Source: a virus (Duplodnaviria; Caudoviricetes). From it: a stretch of 64,000 nucleotides of DNA. The position numbers and the translations under genes are program-made. Positions 21,508 through 32,648 of this stretch are shown here, in pieces (the stretch's first letter is position 1; every line of letters begins with the position of its first letter). The DNA lies in the IMG/VR virus record IMGVR_UViG_3300014205_000170, positions 1-64,000 of that record; one strand, written 5' to 3'. The notes under the pieces are model-generated. The model worked only from the letters and a program-made list of their open reading frames with translations. It had not been told where the DNA came from and did not search any database.

Positions 21508-22032
21508 ATGGGATTTTTTAGCTGGAAAACGTCAGATACAAGAAAAAGTGTTCCGAATATTCATTCATCTCGGAAAGCATTCACTATACATATGATTACA
21601 GAATATGGTCAGGTTTTTACAGAACCGGCCTATGACGGATATGGTGAGTTTGGCGGAATGGATATTTATGTTCTTATTGCTGAACTAAATGGTATTGAAG
21701 GAGCAAATAATGATGAAAAAAGAATTAAAGCAATTGATTTACTTCATAAAACTATTCTCACTGATGGAGAAAAGGTATTAGAATGTGGTAAGGATTTTAC
21801 AAATTGGGGTACACCCATAAAAGGTTTTAATAAAACCGCTAATGAGTTGGTAGAAGCAGGATGGACAAAAGTTTATCCTAATGGATATGGCGACTTTAAC
21901 GCAGCAGCGAAGAAAGGAATTAGCTTACCAAAATTGGTTCAAACACTTCCAAGCGCCGATTCAAACTGGAAAGAATTTTGGGATAAATTACCTTATCCGA
22001 AAGATTGTGAAAATCAAGGATATTTTTATTAA
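21508..22032 (+). CDS. Conserved phage hypothetical protein
   Basis: MGFFSW, YDGYGEFGG, C..QGYFY. Confidence 0.75.
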   Translation: MGFFSWKTSDTRKSVPNIHSSRKAFTIHMITEYGQVFTEPAYDGYGEFGGMDIYVLIAELNGIEGANNDEKRIKAIDLLHKTILTDGEKVLECGKDFTNWGTPIKGFNKTANELVEAGWTKVYPNGYGDFNAAAKKGISLPKLVQTLPSADSNWKEFWDKLPYPKDCENQGYFY

Positions 22033-22070
22033 GCTGTAACGTAGCAATTTTAAAGTTCGTATAGTACAAC

Positions 22071-22919
22071 ATGGCAAAGAAGAAACCACTAGAAACATAT
22101 AAAGCAGGTGATAAGGTTAAAGTTAATCGTGGTGGTTCCGGTAATGGAATACAATTTTTAACTATTAAAGATGGATTCGTTACGGATAATTGTAATGGTT
22201 ATAAAGATTATAACTTTGAAGAGTTAGATGAAAAAATAAAAATGTCTGAATATGATATTCGTCCAATTAGTCAGTCGGATTTAAAACTCAAAAAACTTTT
22301 TGAAGAACACAAAGCTGATGAATTTGAATTTGATTATGATGACATCAATCGTTCTTTCTGGGAATCTCAAAAAGACAACATAAAGAAATCTAGAAATTAT
22401 ATAGATAACGTTTTACATCCATATTTGACAGAATACAAAAATGTACTTTCAGTTGAAGAGATGGTAAATTGGGATACCTATTATAAAAAAGGTATGCACA
22501 CAAAAAGCCGTTACATTTTTATTATCCCACATCCACATTTGAATATAATTGTTTTTCAAGGAACTGGTTATATTGATATGATTATCACCGCTCCAGAAGA
22601 ATTGGAATCTCCTAAAAGAAGTAGAAAATTACATTTATTTTCACTAGGAGCAGAGTACACGGATGAAAAATATGTGGATGTAATAAAAGAAGTTACAAAA
22701 TTGATTATCGCAGATTTTGAGAAAGGAATGCAAAAGCATTATTGTTCTTATCATATAAATCCTGATTATAAATTATTAAAAAAATTAAAAGTTTATAAAC
22801 ACATAGGTTTACACGGCGATTATAATGATTATCAAAATATGCCTTCCTCTCATTATGTGTATGTATTACGTGAACTAAATTATTTGAAACATTACGCATT
22901 TAATAAAGGCTTTGAATAA
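22071..22919 (+). CDS. Hypothetical protein
   Basis: 282 aa between class I promoters. Confidence 0.8.
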   Translation: MAKKKPLETYKAGDKVKVNRGGSGNGIQFLTIKDGFVTDNCNGYKDYNFEELDEKIKMSEYDIRPISQSDLKLKKLFEEHKADEFEFDYDDINRSFWESQKDNIKKSRNYIDNVLHPYLTEYKNVLSVEEMVNWDTYYKKGMHTKSRYIFIIPHPHLNIIVFQGTGYIDMIITAPEELESPKRSRKLHLFSLGAEYTDEKYVDVIKEVTKLIIADFEKGMQKHYCSYHINPDYKLLKKLKVYKHIGLHGDYNDYQNMPSSHYVYVLRELNYLKHYAFNKGFE

Positions 22920-23680
22920 CTAACTGTAACACCAATAAATTAAAAGTCGTATAGTACAATGCAAATGGATTCAAATACAATCATATTTCATAAAGCCACA
23001 AAAACTGCCGACTTTCCTTATTTACGTGATACAAAAGAGGCTTACGAAAAAGATAAGGATTTTACTCTTTTTGAAATAGGGGATACAGTTTCATTTATTT
23101 CTAATACACAACTTGGAAGTGAACACGGAATTAAAAAAACAGGGATAATTACAGCTACTGGATGGTCAACAAAGTCTCCACGTTCATATCCGATTGTTGG
23201 TGTTAAAGTTGAGAATGAGCAATTCGGTTCAACATTAAAATATAATCATGAAATTTTTCCACAGTTTTTAATTAAAGAATAATGATAGAATTAACCAGCA
23301 ATAACAGCGACGAAAAAGGAAAGACAAAACTTTACATTATCGGCGCAGGACTTGAAAGTGCAGCACTTGGTAAAATGGCAGCATTACACATGGATGTTGC
23401 CAAACATGAAATTATCATTGTAAATTCCATTGAGGATGTAAACACAAAAGAAGGTCTTACATTAACCGCTGATGACTTAAAAAGTATGGATGTAAAAAGA
23501 ATCGCATCGGAGAACTTAAAGACATTCGGTCCACCTCCTATTGTTTTAAAAGCACTATCAAGAGAAGATACAGTATTTTACCCTTCAATAGAAAATAACC
23601 CCTGGCCATCGAAGAAAGGCCGCAAAAACAAAAGACGTTGGTAGTGTAACGTCTTTTTTTTATTTAACGTATAGTACATT

Positions 23681-23938
23681 ATGGATAAAGAATATAATAA
23701 AGCATATATCACAGTTAGAAGCGAAAAAGACCAAGAAGGTAAGCAATCATTTACTATTCAATGGAAATCAAATCAGGTAGGTTATTATAGAAATCTAACA
23801 GGATATTTTGGACAAGGATTCCGTGCAAATTTGGAAGAACATTTACAGCGACTCAAAGATATGAATAGGGAAATTGTTTTTATAAAAGAAGAATTGAAAA
23901 ATCCGCACATTAATCTAAAAACTGGACTATTAATATAA
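23681..23938 (+). CDS. Hypothetical protein flanked by identical promoter copies
   Basis: 32-bp direct repeat at 23647 and 23936. Confidence 0.7.
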   Translation: MDKEYNKAYITVRSEKDQEGKQSFTIQWKSNQVGYYRNLTGYFGQGFRANLEEHLQRLKDMNREIVFIKEELKNPHINLKTGLLI

Positions 23939-24237
23939 CGTCTTTTTTTTATTTAACGTATAGTACAACATGAAAAAAACAAAAACAACATTTTTCGTAT
24001 ATAAAAAAGGAAAGCTTTATTTAAGCATAGACAAAAATCCAGAACCAGGAAAAATGTTTGTTTATAATTTTGTAAAAGACATTGATAAAGCAAGTTATTG
24101 GGAAAAACAGAAGGATGCTAAAAGCTGGTATTTAGAAGAGAAATATCCGGATATAGAGTTAATTCCTTGTGGATTAATTGAAAAAAGAAAAACCAAAAAA
24201 CTGTAATAGAAGTTATTATTAACTCGTATAGTACATT

Positions 24238-24720
24238 ATGGCAAGAAAAGGTAAATTTAAAGGAATTTCATTAGTAGTCTTAGACTGCAAGTCTGGACAA
24301 ATTCATTCCGGCACATTAGTTTATAAGAAACCTAAAGGTAAATATGATTCAGACATTGATTATTATCTTGTGATTGATAATCCAACTGACTATGAAAGAT
24401 TATTATTTAGAATAAATTTTAGTTTAAGCACACAGGTAGATAAAGCCTATGAACGTTTTATAAAAGATAAAAAAGAGAAACCCTCTTTAATATTTTATGA
24501 AGTTGAGTGCAGCAAAAAAGATTTTATAGACCATAATCACGACAATAATCACTCAGTCATTCTTTTTTCTAGTGTAGAAAAAGCACAGGTTGTTGCAAAA
24601 GAATGTTTGTTACCAAAATTAATTAAAGAACACACATATCAAACCGAACAAACAGGGAAGAAATATTTTGAAATGGTTGATAGTTTGAATAACTTAGAAA
24701 CTTATTTTAAAACCCTTTAA
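24238..24720 (+). CDS. Hypothetical protein (paralog of 10903)
   Basis: ILFSSVEKAQ..LLP..EHTYQ. Confidence 0.75.
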   Translation: MARKGKFKGISLVVLDCKSGQIHSGTLVYKKPKGKYDSDIDYYLVIDNPTDYERLLFRINFSLSTQVDKAYERFIKDKKEKPSLIFYEVECSKKDFIDHNHDNNHSVILFSSVEKAQVVAKECLLPKLIKEHTYQTEQTGKKYFEMVDSLNNLETYFKTL

Positions 24721-25053
24721 TATGCACATAATAGGTCTAATATTATTAATCATGATAGGAGCGTTTGTATTTGGAGTAATACTACAACCGTTAATAATGA
24801 AGTTTATAAAAAAACATTTTGTTCATTGGCTCCACAGTAATTTGAAACGTTTTGAAATAGAATTCAGGATAGAATTTTATAGTCAACCCAGCATACATCA
24901 TTTAGGTGAACAAGGTATATTAGTAAAAACCGACCCAATCAAAGTTCAGGTTGATGCAGAAACTCAAGATGACGCATTAACCATTGTAGATTTAATTGTG
25001 AAACAAGAAATAAAATCCGAACTCATAAACATTAAAGAAATAAGTAAAATATA

Positions 25054-25494
25054 ATGTTTTCAATAGGTCAAAAATTTTATGCTATTCAAGTTGGTAGTAC
25101 TAACATTCGTGAGTGGGATATAAAAAACATTTTACAAGTTAGTGATACCGAAACTTTATTACATTTTGGTCATTTAAAAGATAAAACAGTTATGTTTGGA
25201 ATATCTACAAATAAAATTGTTGTTGACCCTAAATTGCTTTATGTATATAAAGTGAATAATATATTTCAAGTAAAATCTTTTAATCGTAATGAAGGACATA
25301 ATAGAGGTTTTTATATTTTTAGTTCCAGAAAATTAGCAGAGGAAGCAGTTGTGAATTTCTTTATACCTTTAAAATTAGCAATTAAAAATGATGAAATTGA
25401 TGGATTGCGTGAGAAACACTTTAAGGCTATAATGGAATCGGAAGCCATTTTAGAAGAATTAAGAATTGCAAAAGAGAATTTAAACAAATTGTAA
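25054..25494 (+). CDS. Hypothetical protein (probable paralog of 10903)
   Basis: YIFSSRKLAE..FIP. Confidence 0.7.
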   Translation: MFSIGQKFYAIQVGSTNIREWDIKNILQVSDTETLLHFGHLKDKTVMFGISTNKIVVDPKLLYVYKVNNIFQVKSFNRNEGHNRGFYIFSSRKLAEEAVVNFFIPLKLAIKNDEIDGLREKHFKAIMESEAILEELRIAKENLNKL

Positions 25495-25505
25495 AACGAT
25501 ATAAG

Positions 25506-25880
25506 ATGAAAAAGAAAATCAAAGAAGCAAAAAACATTTGGGCGGAAATTCGCACAAATTATGTTGATGAAGAAACTGGAATTACACACGTTGATGCTTG
25601 GACAAAACCTGATGATGATGAAAATGGAACAGTAATTGCCACCATTGACGATAAAGGTAATGTCACTTATAAGGATGAACGAGCCAAAGCAGACAAATAT
25701 GCTCAAGAAGAAATTCAAGCCGCAATACAACGTATAGAGGATGCTCGACATGAACTTGTGGATAAAGTAATTGAGCGTTTAAAATTAGACTTCCTCCAAG
25801 AAGATTACACAGTAATAGATGAATTGCTTGTACATAATGTTTCCATGAGTGCATTGCGAAATGTTTTACCTGAAGATTAA
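25506..25880 (+). CDS. Hypothetical protein
   Basis: 124 aa, followed by terminator. Confidence 0.75.
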   Translation: MKKKIKEAKNIWAEIRTNYVDEETGITHVDAWTKPDDDENGTVIATIDDKGNVTYKDERAKADKYAQEEIQAAIQRIEDARHELVDKVIERLKLDFLQEDYTVIDELLVHNVSMSALRNVLPED

Positions 25881-25897
25881 ACATAATCGAATTTTAT

Positions 25898-25927
25898 AAA
25901 AGCCTCACAGAAATGTGGGGCTTTTTT
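25898..25927 (+). terminator. Rho-independent terminator
   Basis: GCCTCACA-GAAA-TGTGGGGC plus T tract. Confidence 0.8.
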
Positions 25928-25930
25928 ATT

Positions 25931-26038
25931 TCCTGGAAGCGGCGGAATTTCCCTGGTCTTCACGGGCCGGCGACATCTCTCGCCTTTTTTACACTTATAA
26001 TTGATATACGAAAAGTCAGAATAAATTTCTGCCAATCG
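25931..26038 (-). repeat. Class II element with GC-rich segment
   Basis: Motif 26002-26038(-); GGCGGAATT..CCCTGGTC and GCCGGCGACATCT shared with the 10.6 and 1.56 kb loci. Confidence 0.75.
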
Positions 26039-26614
26039 AATGATAAAACTTATATCTTTGTTTGTTTGGTGGTGTAACGTTAGAAGAATAAACATCGTAT
26101 AGTACAGTAAATAAAGAATCAATGAGCCAAAGTAGAAAATTTAAAATAGACGGAAAGGAAGTTTTTCAAGATAATGCAAGCGCATCCTTAATGCAAATTT
26201 TAAAAGAGATTGACAGAGACAAACGTAAAAAAATGTTAGCTGAAATCGAAGTGCTTACTACCCTTGAAGAAGTTGCGCAGATATTGGCTAAACAAGAACA
26301 TTCAGAAAGATGTACGAGCGTTGCATCCACATTTTTATGTAGACGAGTAGAAGAAATTAAAAAACAAAATAATGAGAAAAAATAAAAAACCAGTTGAATT
26401 AACTGAATCAGATTTAGCAGCTTTAAAAAACGGTCTTAGTGCTTTTGCTAAAACTCTTGTAAAAGAAATTGAGGATAATGGCGGAAAGATTCCGAAGAAG
26501 CGTTTAGAAGAGCATCGAAAGTATTGCAAGAAACATGATTTAATGTAGTTATTAACTACACATTGTGTGTAACTCAGGATTAAATAAAATCGTATAGTAC
26601 ATTAAGAAAAAGAT

Positions 26615-27340
26615 ATGCCAAACTGGTGCGAAAATAGACTTACAATAACATGTGCAGAGAACACTAAAGCAGCTCTTGCTCAACTTGCACAATTCATCTC
26701 TGATGTTAAAGAAGAAGGACAAAAAGTAAAGATGGAGGATGCGGAAAAGTTAAGACAGGATTTTATTGAAAGTAATTTTGATGAGAAATATCGTGATGCC
26801 CTTGATTCTTATACGGCACATCAAGAAATGGACATTAGTAAATTTATGACACAGGTTTGTTATTTTGAACAAAATGATAATATATTTCAATCTAATCACA
26901 CTGAATTTTCTATGCACAAACTGTTTCCTGTTCCTATGGATTTATTAAATCCAATTCTTGATAAACCGGCAGAAAGTAAAAAACTGCGTGTAGAACTCCA
27001 AAAAAAATATGGTTTTGAATCTTGGTATGACTGGAGGATAGCGAATTGGGGTACAAAGTGGGATGTTAAATGTAATCAAATTGATGGATACCCTTTTACA
27101 AAAGAATATATTACGTATTACTTTGATACAGCTTGGTCGCCTCCTACTGAGTTTTTAAAAGAGATTGCTCCAAAATATCCACTATTAACTTTCTTTCTTG
27201 GGTATGAAGAGCCGGGAATGGCCTTTCAGGGAGAACTCCAAATTACTAAAGGTGAAGTAGATTTTGAAACTCAGGAAGATATGGAATCTGATTTTGAAGA
27301 TGACGATGAAACAACAGAAGATGATACATTATTAGAATAA
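26615..27340 (+). CDS. DUF1281/YubB ferredoxin-like domain protein
   Basis: MPNWCENRL, WYDWRIANWGTKWD, FDTAWSPP, YEEPG. Confidence 0.8.
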   Translation: MPNWCENRLTITCAENTKAALAQLAQFISDVKEEGQKVKMEDAEKLRQDFIESNFDEKYRDALDSYTAHQEMDISKFMTQVCYFEQNDNIFQSNHTEFSMHKLFPVPMDLLNPILDKPAESKKLRVELQKKYGFESWYDWRIANWGTKWDVKCNQIDGYPFTKEYITYYFDTAWSPPTEFLKEIAPKYPLLTFFLGYEEPGMAFQGELQITKGEVDFETQEDMESDFEDDDETTEDDTLLE

Positions 27341-27577
27341 AAAACAAAGATTATGAATGCAAAAAAAATAACAGTTGGTAAAAACGAGGCAGGGATGTTC
27401 GAATACCAGGATTCAAAGAAAGCAATTGAAATGGGAGACACAGCATATGTTATCCAGAGGGAGAATATAGCGACCGAGGAAACGGAAACTCTTTATTTTG
27501 AGAAGCAAGAAAATGTTCGATAAGTGTAATACCGGTTTAAGTTAATTCGTATAGTACATTAAGAAACAAATTTTAAT

Positions 27578-28306
27578 ATGCACTTTCCAGTTTTAATATT
27601 CCATGAATCATTTCAAGTTGATAACTTGCTGGTCAAATACTATCAGGATGCTGATGAAGATGATGGTGGGGTAATAGAATTTGTAAAATCCATTAGTGCA
27701 AAAGAAGCCGAAAAAAACTTTAAAAAATACTTAAAGAAAAATCCACAAGATGCAGACAAATATGATTCTTTAGATTCGTGGATGAATGCTGAGGATGGAT
27801 ATGAATTAAAAGACGGTCATTATGGTTATACAACCAATTTACTTGGGTTGTATGATTATTATGAAATAGGAGGTCGTTATGCCAATATTTTACCAGATTT
27901 TTCAGAGGAAGAAGAATTGGAAAAACTCGTTAAGAAAGCTTTAAATTTAAAAAACAAAAAGGTATATGAAACTTTTAGAGATGATATGCCTAGATATGTT
28001 GAGTTAAGTGAAATGCACTTTAAAGCAGCCGCAGTTGAATTACAAATTGGTGGCACAAATTCTATCTTAGTATCTAACAATTTAACTCCAGACACTATTT
28101 TAGATTATATTACATCTTGTTTTAATGTAAGTGGTGGGGAACAAAATACACGTACAGAAATTTTTGATAAATTTTTTGAAAATATTATTTTAGAAGAAAA
28201 TGCTCTTAAAAAAGAAGAACTTATAACTGGAATGAAATTACAAAAATTTATTGACCTTTATAATTATTATGCAAATCTTAATAAAAAGGAAAAAGATTTT
28301 GTTTAA
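27578..28306 (+). CDS. Conserved phage protein, possibly frameshifted at the 3' end
   Basis: MHFPVL, YDYYEIGGRY; LTVVDMHT* in another frame to 28329. Confidence 0.7.
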   Translation: MHFPVLIFHESFQVDNLLVKYYQDADEDDGGVIEFVKSISAKEAEKNFKKYLKKNPQDADKYDSLDSWMNAEDGYELKDGHYGYTTNLLGLYDYYEIGGRYANILPDFSEEEELEKLVKKALNLKNKKVYETFRDDMPRYVELSEMHFKAAAVELQIGGTNSILVSNNLTPDTILDYITSCFNVSGGEQNTRTEIFDKFFENIILEENALKKEELITGMKLQKFIDLYNYYANLNKKEKDFV

Positions 28307-28365
28307 CTGTTGTCGATATGCACACATAGTGTAACGCCGTTCTCCATTAAATCGTATAGTACCTT

Positions 28366-29748
28366 ATGAAAAAGAAAGTCACACAATATATATTACAACA
28401 TGGGAAAGTAATTTTCTCAAGCGATGACGGAGTATCAATTCCAATATTGTGGAACAATATTACCGGTAGAAACTTCGTAGGTAAAGATATTACCGGTGCT
28501 TCTTTAAAAGACCAATATGTTCCTTATTTAGAAAATATGAAACGTACAGCAGGACTACCTTCTGGATATATTCAATATTTTAAGAAGGCTGGTCATATGT
28601 CTGAAGAGTTTATGGTTCCGGATTCTATGAATATGGAGACGCGTAAAATCGAAACAGAAAACGGAGGAACATCCATTTTATTTAGAGAAGCCACAAAGTT
28701 CTCTGATATTTTTATAGCAGACGAAAAAGGACCACATGGTTATGGATTGCCTGGAAAATTCAGTTTAACTGAAGAAGCTCTCAAACAAGTTCGTAGTTGG
28801 CACTGTGTTCAATGGGGACATTCATATCATTTTAATACACATGATGATAAGGATGGATTTTACAGAATTTATTTAAAAGCAGACCAAATCATAGCAAGCA
28901 CGTTATTTGCGATAGTGGAGATTGGTTCAGTACCTGTTGAGAAAGAGGAAGAAGAAAATACTGAAGATGAGGTTATAACAGCTCCGGTAGTTGAAATGCA
29001 GACAACAGAACCACTTGCTGCAATGGATGTATTCAAACAATGTACACTTGAGAACGGTGTCGTTCGTCTCCCTAATATTAAGTTAGATGCAAAAGTCTAT
29101 AACGACGTAAAAACCATTCTAACAAAGAATGGTGGCCAATGGAAAGGCGGCAAGACTCAAGGATTTATTTTTGGTTTTGACCCAACAAATATCTTTCTAC
29201 AACTTCAAGAGGGAGAAAAGGTAAACAACAAAAAGAAATACCAGTTCTTCGCAACTCCTCGTAAGTTATCTGAGCAGCTCGTAGAATTAGCACAACTAAA
29301 AAATACAGACCGTATTCTAGAGCCAAGCGCCGGACAGGGAGACATTATCAATGTTATAGAAATGGAGACAGGAGCAACTGTAGAATGTTTTGAGCTGATG
29401 CCTGAAAATGTTTCCATATTAAAAAAACGTACAGCCGCCATTTTACTTGGAGATGATTTCTTAAAATCTAATGCCAAAAATTGTTTTGATAAAATCATTG
29501 CCAATCCACCATTCACAAAGAATCAGGATATTGACCATGTAAAGCATATGTACACTCACTTAAAGAAAGGTGGACGTTTAGTTTCTATTATGAGTACAAG
29601 TTGGGGAAATGGTACACAGAAAAAACAAATAGAATTCCGAGACTGGTTAAGAGAAGTAGGAGCAATCATAACAGATGTGGAAGCTGGAATGTTTAAAGAA
29701 AGCGGAACAAATATCGCAACTGTAATCGTTGTGATTGATAAAGTGTAA
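28366..29748 (+). CDS. N6-adenine DNA methyltransferase with N-terminal extension
   Basis: QFFATP, ILEPSAGQG (motif I), ANPPF (motif IV). Confidence 0.85.
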   Translation: MKKKVTQYILQHGKVIFSSDDGVSIPILWNNITGRNFVGKDITGASLKDQYVPYLENMKRTAGLPSGYIQYFKKAGHMSEEFMVPDSMNMETRKIETENGGTSILFREATKFSDIFIADEKGPHGYGLPGKFSLTEEALKQVRSWHCVQWGHSYHFNTHDDKDGFYRIYLKADQIIASTLFAIVEIGSVPVEKEEEENTEDEVITAPVVEMQTTEPLAAMDVFKQCTLENGVVRLPNIKLDAKVYNDVKTILTKNGGQWKGGKTQGFIFGFDPTNIFLQLQEGEKVNNKKKYQFFATPRKLSEQLVELAQLKNTDRILEPSAGQGDIINVIEMETGATVECFELMPENVSILKKRTAAILLGDDFLKSNAKNCFDKIIANPPFTKNQDIDHVKHMYTHLKKGGRLVSIMSTSWGNGTQKKQIEFRDWLREVGAIITDVEAGMFKESGTNIATVIVVIDKV

Positions 29749-30303
29749 CATCTAAGAATTTTAATTCGTATAGTACAACATGAAAACAATTAAACATAAT
29801 AAAACTCCAAAATTTTCTAATGGTGATTTACAAAAAGAACTAGAAAAGATTAAAAGATATGATTCTTTAAAAATTAAAAAGGATGAGTATAAAGATGAAA
29901 ATACTACAACATATACTGTTGAAGTAAATGATAATTCTTATTTATATGCAAATTCTAAAGAAAGAAATTCAGACCTTAATTTGTTAAAAACTTATTTTAA
30001 ATAACATGAAGAAAGTAGTTTTAATAGTAGCATTAATGTGTATCTCCAGCATAGGAGTTTCTCAGACAGCACAAAAATCTATTAAAGATAGTACAGACAA
30101 TTACGTTCCGTGTACTGATTGTTTTGAATCCTATAAGACCAGGACAGAACCAAATCAAACTCAAATGGCAACTCCAAATCTGAATTTAAATAACACAGAA
30201 CGAAAGATATTTGGAGAGTTAAGCCGTCCGGTCAAAGTTGTATTAGCAACTGTTGGTGCTATATTTATGGTAGCACTCGTAACCAAAACAACAAACATGA
30301 CAA

Positions 30304-30834
30304 ATGCAATTACCTTTGAATAAAATATTAATCATATTCATTTCCTTATTATTAGGAGGAGCATGTACATCAACAAAGATGGCTTTTACTCCAGCTATTC
30401 AGAAACAAAATGATTTTTCTGAATCTACTCTGAAACACATTCAGTTTTACACCTCAGAAGAAATCATTTTATATAACTCAAAGGAAGCCGAAGGAGTATC
30501 TGTATCAAATGGTAAAATCCTTTTGAACAGCGATAAGGAATTTGAGAAAATAGTAATACCAAAAAATACTCCTTGCGTCTTAGAACGAATGGTCAGCCAA
30601 GATAAACTGATATTAAGTTTTGAATACGGAAATGGAAAGATATTGTATTTTACAAATAATAATAACGCTTATTATAGTTTATCCGCAACCGATTGGGCAG
30701 GCGGAGTAGGTAGAGTAAAATACGTAAACAAGTTTTACTACACAAATGCTGGTACTGTTTTCTTAACTGTTAAAACTAAGAATTTTAATAGAATAAGAAA
30801 TAAGCAAAGAATTGTTTCAGGAAGAAAAATCTAG
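30304..30834 (+). CDS. Putative lipoprotein
   Basis: LLLGGAC lipobox-like signal. Confidence 0.65.
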   Translation: MQLPLNKILIIFISLLLGGACTSTKMAFTPAIQKQNDFSESTLKHIQFYTSEEIILYNSKEAEGVSVSNGKILLNSDKEFEKIVIPKNTPCVLERMVSQDKLILSFEYGNGKILYFTNNNNAYYSLSATDWAGGVGRVKYVNKFYYTNAGTVFLTVKTKNFNRIRNKQRIVSGRKI

Positions 30835-31111
30835 GCAAGAAAAATAGCAGAAAAATACTAGAATATTTTCTACACATCGGGCAGGATTTTACCGAGGCTT
30901 AAATCTTTAGTTTAATACACATAATGCAACTTTCTAATAACTAGATAGTTGCATTTTTTCATTTTGTGGCACGATGTTTTCTAATAGATATACTATACCA
31001 TCTATTTAAATTCCTTTTATAGCTATGCAAAACAGGCTCTTACCGAAAATAAATACAGGGTATACATACTAAACATAAATTTGCATTAATAATCAATTAA
31101 CAAACAAAAAA

Positions 31112-31606
31112 ATGACAACAAAAAGAAAAATCAATGTAGGTAACGGTAGCAGAGCAGTTTCATCAATAAACAAGCTCGTTGACGTTTGTGAGAAGCAGGA
31201 AAAAACAATCCATTCCCTTTTGGACATTATTCGGGCTAATAGCTCGAAACTCATTGCTCCGAATGGTCACAGTAGTCCAATACGAATTAAACGCTCCTAT
31301 CGCAAATCTGCGCCAGTAGACCGTAATTCAAAAGAAGCCTTGGATAAAGAATTTAAAAAATTCAAATACGAATTATTCCTGGATGGCTTAAAACAAATTG
31401 GTCGCCCAGCCATGACCAAAGAAATCGCTCAAAGGCTAATTAAAAACCCACAATTTAAAAGTATCACAAGAAACAAAAAGAGATTCATGCAATTTCTTTA
31501 TTCAAGCGTTTCTCACTTTGTAAAACAAGGAATTCTTAAAAGAAAACCAGTTGGAGAAAAGAGTTATGAATACTCTTTAAAAGGTAAATACGCTTTAGCT
31601 GCTTAA
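31112..31606 (+). CDS. Putative winged-helix DNA-binding protein
   Basis: Basic; C-terminal LKQIGRPAMTKEI..GILKRK..YEYSL; TAAATTTG box at 31076. Confidence 0.45.
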   Translation: MTTKRKINVGNGSRAVSSINKLVDVCEKQEKTIHSLLDIIRANSSKLIAPNGHSSPIRIKRSYRKSAPVDRNSKEALDKEFKKFKYELFLDGLKQIGRPAMTKEIAQRLIKNPQFKSITRNKKRFMQFLYSSVSHFVKQGILKRKPVGEKSYEYSLKGKYALAA

Positions 31607-31664
31607 AAATTAAACACTTTATTTTAAACACACAAGATTAATCGTCTTGTGTGTTTTTTTTTTG

Positions 31665-32015
31665 TCTGGATACCGGGTTATCCAAGAGCCAGCCGGGTGT
31701 TGGCGAAAGTCTATAGTTTAAACTGGAGATAAAATACTGGTAATCAATTACTTTTAAAAATGAAGATATCTTTTAGGCTGTAGAACAACTGCAGATAGAC
31801 TGCACTCCAGGGGGAAACCCCTACTATAGATAATTTTAATGTTATTATATAGTTATACGATTATTCATACTGTAAATCTGCCAACCGTAAAATCCCTTGT
31901 AAATCAAGCAGTAAGAGATTGTTAGAAAAATTTTGTACAAAAATTTCGAGATACAAAAGTGTTTCTGGGCCTTTGGAATTATCCCGGACCTGGCTGATAT
32001 CAACCAGGCTCCAGT
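31665..32015. repeat. Class II element with GC-rich flanks
   Basis: Motif 31853-31887(-); CCAG/CCGG/CTGG clusters at 31.67 and 31.97-32.01 kb. Confidence 0.65.
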
Positions 32016-32085
32016 TCTTTTTTAATTACAGGTAGTGTAACACCATTAATATATTCATCGTATAGTACCTTATAAAAACAAACAC

Positions 32086-32466
32086 ATGGACAAATTCTTA
32101 TATATTGACGAAGGACAAGATAACGGTACTCTTTTAGCCCAAGACGGCGGCATAGCTATTATATGGTATAATGAAGAACATATGGTTGCGCAATGTTATC
32201 GCGAACGTCTTGAAGCAGCTCAAATCAAAATTGGATACGAACACGCCTTTCAATATATGGCTGGTCGCAGCTCTAATTCATCTTTAATGGATTATGAAGA
32301 TGACGATGAAATTAAAGATGAACACCTAGAAGAAATGGCCAATTGGCTGGTATGTCCGAGAGAAGGAAACTTCTTAGAGAATGTAACAAGAATAGATTCT
32401 ACCAAAATATCTTCGGAAGAATTAGATAAAATCGTTCAGGAATTTTTAAAAGATGTAACAGAATAA
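32086..32466 (+). CDS. Acidic hypothetical protein
   Basis: Class I promoter. Confidence 0.75.
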   Translation: MDKFLYIDEGQDNGTLLAQDGGIAIIWYNEEHMVAQCYRERLEAAQIKIGYEHAFQYMAGRSSNSSLMDYEDDDEIKDEHLEEMANWLVCPREGNFLENVTRIDSTKISSEELDKIVQEFLKDVTE

Positions 32467-32648
32467 TAAATAAGCTCGTATAGTACATTATGAAACACAA
32501 TTATATGAATAAGAAAGTCATGTTAGGTATTAAAGCCGGTATTGTACTTATAGCTATCGTTGTGATTTTAATAATGGTAAAAACCAAAGTTGATGGCAAA
32601 GATGTTGTAATAAGAAAAGGATATAACCACACAAAATAAACCAATAAT

